Source: Candidatus Hydrogenedentota bacterium (lineage in GTDB: Bacteria; Hydrogenedentota; Hydrogenedentia; Hydrogenedentales; SLHB01). From it: a stretch of DNA of 64,000 nucleotides. This document shows, piece after piece, positions 60,014-64,000 of this stretch; position 1 is the first letter of the stretch, and each line of letters starts with the position of its first letter. Position numbers and translations under genes: made by a program. The DNA is taken from assembly GCA_045863335.1 (NCBI GenBank), contig BTVY01000001.1:241629-305628 (forward strand), in the 5' to 3' direction. The notes beneath the pieces were generated by a model. It worked only from the letters and a program-made list of their open reading frames with translations. It was not told the origin of the DNA and did not search any database.

Positions 60014-61297
60014 GTGAGTACACTCGATACGAAAGGGCGTTGGACGCGCCGGCAATTCTTGAAGCGTGCGTCCCTGGCGGCGGGCGGTCTGGTGGCCGCG
60101 CCGAACATCATCACCGGCACGGCGCTGGGCGCCAACGGCGGAACACCGGCGAGCGAGCGGATTCGCCTCGGGGTGATCGGCGTTGGGGGCCGGGGCCGTT
60201 CGGTCATGCGGGCGTTTATGGCGCAGAGCGACTGCCAGGTCCTCGCGATCTGCGACGCCTACTGCGAGAAACGGGAAGCCGCGAAGAACGATGTGGACAC
60301 GGAGTACGGCAATCAGGACTGTTCGATCTACGCCAACTTCCTGGACTTGCTTGCCCGCGACGACATTGACGCGGTGCTCATCGCGACCGGCGACAACAAC
60401 CACTCGAACGTGTCCATCCAGGCGGCGCGCCACGGCAAGGACATCTATTGTGAAAAGCCATTGAGCGTGGTCGTTTCCGAGTCCCGTGCGGTGGCGGACA
60501 CGATGAAGGAACTGGGCATCGTGTTCCAGTGCGGCACCCAGCGCCGCAGCATCGCCCACTTCAGGGCCGCCGCGGAACTCGCCCTCAGCGGGAAGCTCGG
60601 CGAACTGAAGGAACTGCACGCCGAGGAAGCGCCGTGGATGCCCACCTTCAATTATGAGGTGCTCCCGGAAGAGGAATTGCCGCCGAAGGAACTCTTCGAC
60701 TGGGACATGTGGCTGGGGCCGGCGGCGTGGCGCCCGTACAACAGCAAATACCCGACGCGCGGATTCTGGAGCGATCACGTCGACTTCAGCGGCGCGTCGA
60801 TTACCGAGTGGGGAAGCCACACGGTGGACCTGTGCCAATGGGCGGCGAACATGGACCACACCAGCCCGACCGAATACTGGCAAGAAGGGGACCGGTTCAT
60901 TTGCCAGTATCCGACCGGTACCAAGATCGTCATTCGCCGAGGCCTGCGATTCGGTTCCTGCCCGGTGCGCTACGAGGGCACCGAGGGGTGGGTCGAAGTG
61001 GGCGACTCCGGGCAAATTGAGACGCATCCCAAATCGCTTCTCGGCAACCGGGGCTTCGAGGGCGGTTATCCGCCGGACAACCACGTGCGGGCCTTCCTCG
61101 ACTGCGTGAAGACGCGCGAGAAATGCGTGGCCGATGCGGAAACGGCGCATCGTTCCATCACCGCGTGCCATGTGGCGAATTTTGTCAAACGGCTGGGCCG
61201 ACCCATGAAGTGGGATCCCACCAAGGAAGAAGTCATCGGCGACGAGGAAGCGAACCGGTTGTGCTCGCGCGCGTACCGCCAGCCGTGGTACCTGTGA
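60014..61297 (+). CDS. Tat-exported Gfo/Idh/MocA family oxidoreductase
   Basis: TRRQFLK Tat motif; GVGGRG, DIYCEKPL, QCGTQRRS, DWDMWLGPA; GTG start after GAGGGAG. Confidence 0.9.
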   Translation: MSTLDTKGRWTRRQFLKRASLAAGGLVAAPNIITGTALGANGGTPASERIRLGVIGVGGRGRSVMRAFMAQSDCQVLAICDAYCEKREAAKNDVDTEYGNQDCSIYANFLDLLARDDIDAVLIATGDNNHSNVSIQAARHGKDIYCEKPLSVVVSESRAVADTMKELGIVFQCGTQRRSIAHFRAAAELALSGKLGELKELHAEEAPWMPTFNYEVLPEEELPPKELFDWDMWLGPAAWRPYNSKYPTRGFWSDHVDFSGASITEWGSHTVDLCQWAANMDHTSPTEYWQEGDRFICQYPTGTKIVIRRGLRFGSCPVRYEGTEGWVEVGDSGQIETHPKSLLGNRGFEGGYPPDNHVRAFLDCVKTREKCVADAETAHRSITACHVANFVKRLGRPMKWDPTKEEVIGDEEANRLCSRAYRQPWYL

Positions 61298-61362
61298 TTG
61301 GGACCCGACGCCGGTATCGCTGGTAGATGTCGAATGGGAATTACGAAGAAAGGCAAACAGCC

Positions 61363-63306
61363 ATGACGAATGGATTGAAATACGCGGGTATCCTCGCTGC
61401 CGTGCTGATCGCGGCAGTGGCCTTTGCGGCGGAGGAACCCGTCCACACCGAAGACACTCCCCGTGCGGAGGAAGAACTGATTGCGATCGTCCAGGGCGAC
61501 GGCGACTGGATGGCGAAGCAACAGGCCTGCCGCGAACTCCGGCATATCGGAACGCAGAATTCCGTTCCCGCGCTGGCCACCCTGCTGGGCGACGAAAAGC
61601 TCTCCCACATGGCCCGGTACGCCATGGAAGACATGGACTTTCCAGAAGTGGACGCGGCCTTGCGGGAAGCGCTCAAGACCACATCGGGCATGCCCAAGAT
61701 GGGAGTGGTCATCTCGTTGGGTGAGCGCCGGGATGCGGAAGCCGTGCCCCAGCTTGTAGAACTGCTTTCCGATTCCGATGAGAATATTGCCGCGGCGTCG
61801 GCGGGAGCGCTGGGACGAATTGCAACGAAGGAAGCCGTGGACGCCCTGCTGGCAGTCAACAGCGAGCGGTCTGCCGCGAAACAGCGGGCCGTCGTCGAAG
61901 GGTTGCTGGCGGCCGGACGTAATCTGACGGAACAAGGCCAGAAGAAACTGGCTGTGACCATCTACGATACGCTGCAGGGCGAAGCTTGGCCGGAGCACGC
62001 GCGGATGGGCGCGTTTTATGGACAAGCCTATGCGCAGCCGGGCCAGGCGCCGAAGCGCATCATCGACGCCTTGCAAGGCGACGACGCGATGTTTCGCGGA
62101 CTGGCCGCACAACTTGTAGCCGAGACTTCCGGCAAAGCCGACACGTTGAAGTATGCCGCGGCCGTGTCAGGCCTACCCGAAACGGGACAGGTCGCGCTGC
62201 TGCGCGCGTTGGGTACTCGCGGGGACAGCGCGGCGCACGCCGCCGTGCTCGCGGCGCTTGGCAGTTCGAGCGAGCAGGTGAAGTTGGCGGCCATCACGGC
62301 CCTTGGAAAAGTGGGCAGCCAGGCGGACGTGGGCGTGCTCTCCCCCATGCTGGTCTCGGAAGACGAAGATGTCAGCGCGGCGGCACGTTTCGCGTTGCGC
62401 GACATGGCCGGGGACGAAGTGGATGCGGCCATCGCTGCCGCAGTGCCGGAAGCGTCAACGGTCGTTCGTGCGGCCCTGCTGGGCATGTTGACGGAACGCA
62501 CCGCTCCGCAAGCGATTCCGCTGGCGCTTTCCAATCTGCATGACGACGACGCGGGCGTGCGTGAGGCAGCCATGCGCACCTTGGTTACCCTCGGAACACC
62601 GGCGGAAGCGCCCGCTGTAATCGAAGTACTGACGTCTACGTCCGATGCTGACGAACGGTCCACCGCCGCTGAGGCGCTCAACGCCATCGCGGGAATCCAC
62701 GGCGACGAGCTTTTGCCCGTCGTCTTGGGCGCCGTTGAAGGCGCGGGACCGGAAGCGCGGACGGTACTGGTCCGGAACCTCGGTCAGATCGGCAGCACGA
62801 AGGCGCTCGAAGCGGTAGTTGCCGCGGTGGGCAATCCGGACGCTACGGTGAGCAACGAGGCCGTTCGCGTGCTCGCGGGATGGCGCTCGACGGAAGCAGC
62901 GCCGCATTTGCTGACGCTTGCGAAGGGCGACGATGCGGGCCGCGCGGACCAGGCATTCCGGGGCTACATCCGGCTTGCCCGTGAGGAAGGCGATGCCGCG
63001 AAGAAGACCGAAATGCTGAAGACCGCCATGGAGATGGCATCGACTCAGGAGACCAAGTGGCAGGTGCTCGCTGCGTGGGGAACCTTGCACACACCGGAGT
63101 CGCTGGAGGCGCTCAAAGCGCACCTCGACAATCCGGAGGTGAAGAACGAAGCCGCGTCGGCCATCATTACGGTCGCCACTGAACTGGGCAAGCAGGAAGG
63201 CGGCCGCGCCGCGGCCCGCGATGCGCTCGGCGTGGTGTTGACCAAGATCGACGATGAGGCAGTCCGCGATCGCGCTCAGCGGGCGCTGGAGGCCATACCA
63301 GCATAG
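61363..63306 (+). CDS. Exported HEAT-repeat protein
   Basis: Signal peptide; repeated 'AA..ALG.IG...AV..L' units. Confidence 0.85.
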   Translation: MTNGLKYAGILAAVLIAAVAFAAEEPVHTEDTPRAEEELIAIVQGDGDWMAKQQACRELRHIGTQNSVPALATLLGDEKLSHMARYAMEDMDFPEVDAALREALKTTSGMPKMGVVISLGERRDAEAVPQLVELLSDSDENIAAASAGALGRIATKEAVDALLAVNSERSAAKQRAVVEGLLAAGRNLTEQGQKKLAVTIYDTLQGEAWPEHARMGAFYGQAYAQPGQAPKRIIDALQGDDAMFRGLAAQLVAETSGKADTLKYAAAVSGLPETGQVALLRALGTRGDSAAHAAVLAALGSSSEQVKLAAITALGKVGSQADVGVLSPMLVSEDEDVSAAARFALRDMAGDEVDAAIAAAVPEASTVVRAALLGMLTERTAPQAIPLALSNLHDDDAGVREAAMRTLVTLGTPAEAPAVIEVLTSTSDADERSTAAEALNAIAGIHGDELLPVVLGAVEGAGPEARTVLVRNLGQIGSTKALEAVVAAVGNPDATVSNEAVRVLAGWRSTEAAPHLLTLAKGDDAGRADQAFRGYIRLAREEGDAAKKTEMLKTAMEMASTQETKWQVLAAWGTLHTPESLEALKAHLDNPEVKNEAASAIITVATELGKQEGGRAAARDALGVVLTKIDDEAVRDRAQRALEAIPA

Positions 63307-63330
63307 CGGAGGAATCCGACAAGCGATTCA

Positions 63331-63367
63331 AGGCCCCGTTGGGAGATGATCCCGGCGGGGCCTTTTG
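63331..63367 (+). terminator. Intrinsic terminator
   Basis: AGGCCCCG...CGGGGCC hairpin followed by TTTT after the HEAT-repeat gene. Confidence 0.7.
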
Positions 63368-63446
63368 CATTGCCGTAATGATCGGTAGGGGCGCATAATT
63401 GAGCGAGGTGCAAGGGGCGGCTCCTACAAAGGGGAGAACTTGTATC

Positions 63447-63932
63447 ATGACCGCTGAAACTGCCACCGAGGAAATCTGCTGTCCCCCATTTGTTCCCGAA
63501 CCCTGGAACGACAAGACGATCGAATGGAATCAGAAACGGTTCATCAAGGACCGGGTGTTTACGTTCTTCTATATGCCCATTAACTTCGCCGACACGATGA
63601 AGCGGCTCGACAAGATTGTTAAGGGCGCCGGGGCCGCAGTCCCTGAGAACCTGTGCTTGTCCGACCACACGTCGAAGTGGAACATGGATGTGTATCTCGC
63701 CGTGGACCAGGAGATCGCAGGCGCGGAGAACGTGACGTTGAGTGGGTCATTCCTGAGTAAGGTGTACGAGGGGCCCTACAGGGAGACCGGCAACTGGTGC
63801 AAGGATTTTCAAGCCGTTGTCAGGGACCGGGGCCAGGTCGTGAAGAAGTGGTTCATGTGGTATACGACTTGTCCGAAATGCGCGAAGAAGTATGGGAAGA
63901 ATTATGTGGTGATCGTTGGGGAAGTCGAGTGA
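63447..63932 (+). CDS. Conserved small protein (GyrI-like/hydrolase-annotated family) with Cys motifs
   Basis: CCPPF.P..W, FLSKVYEGPY, WYTTCPKCAKKYGKNYVV; RBS GGGGAG. Confidence 0.7.
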   Translation: MTAETATEEICCPPFVPEPWNDKTIEWNQKRFIKDRVFTFFYMPINFADTMKRLDKIVKGAGAAVPENLCLSDHTSKWNMDVYLAVDQEIAGAENVTLSGSFLSKVYEGPYRETGNWCKDFQAVVRDRGQVVKKWFMWYTTCPKCAKKYGKNYVVIVGEVE

Positions 63933-63934
63933 AT

Positions 63935-64000
63935 CCACACGGACCCACACGGACCTACACGGACCTACACGGACCTACACGGACCTACACGGACCTACAC
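63935..64000. repeat. 10-bp tandem repeat (GGACCTACAC)n running off the window end
   Basis: ccacac ggacccacac followed by five consecutive ggacctacac units up to position 64000. Confidence 0.9.

Noticed and set aside
63935-64000. Possible CRISPR array
   Set aside because: The units are 10 bp with no unique spacers and there are no cas genes; it is a simple tandem repeat.

Overview
A GC-rich bacterial window; gene content (many Tat-exported Gfo/Idh/MocA oxidoreductases, sulfatases, HEAT-repeat and DUF3604 proteins) and the intergenic repeat families suggest a Hydrogenedentota/PVC-like polysaccharide degrader (inference only). Most of it is housekeeping (serC, mnmG, ltaE, sat, aroB, ndh, tRNA-Pro(TGG)) and carbohydrate metabolism. 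Three parts stand out. (1) At about 49.2-55.2 kb an AT-richer defence cassette (TIR ThsB-like, SIR2-STALD ThsA-like = type I Thoeris, plus a co-oriented DUF3800-like RNase-H-fold gene) is bracketed by an ~300 bp inverted duplication. That duplication is the 3' end of a C/A-skewed HGG-motif gene plus a REP-like hairpin cluster. (2) The HGG-motif gene carries in-frame copies of several short repeat families otherwise seen only between genes in the window. (3) Next to tRNA-Pro is a divergent FadR + sodium:solute symporter / kdsB-like + deoxyhypusine-synthase-fold + sialidase locus that looks like an undescribed ulosonic-acid (Kdo/sialic-acid-like) uptake and processing system. No CRISPR array, rRNA, transposase or integrase was seen. 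All product calls come from motif recognition, not database searches.
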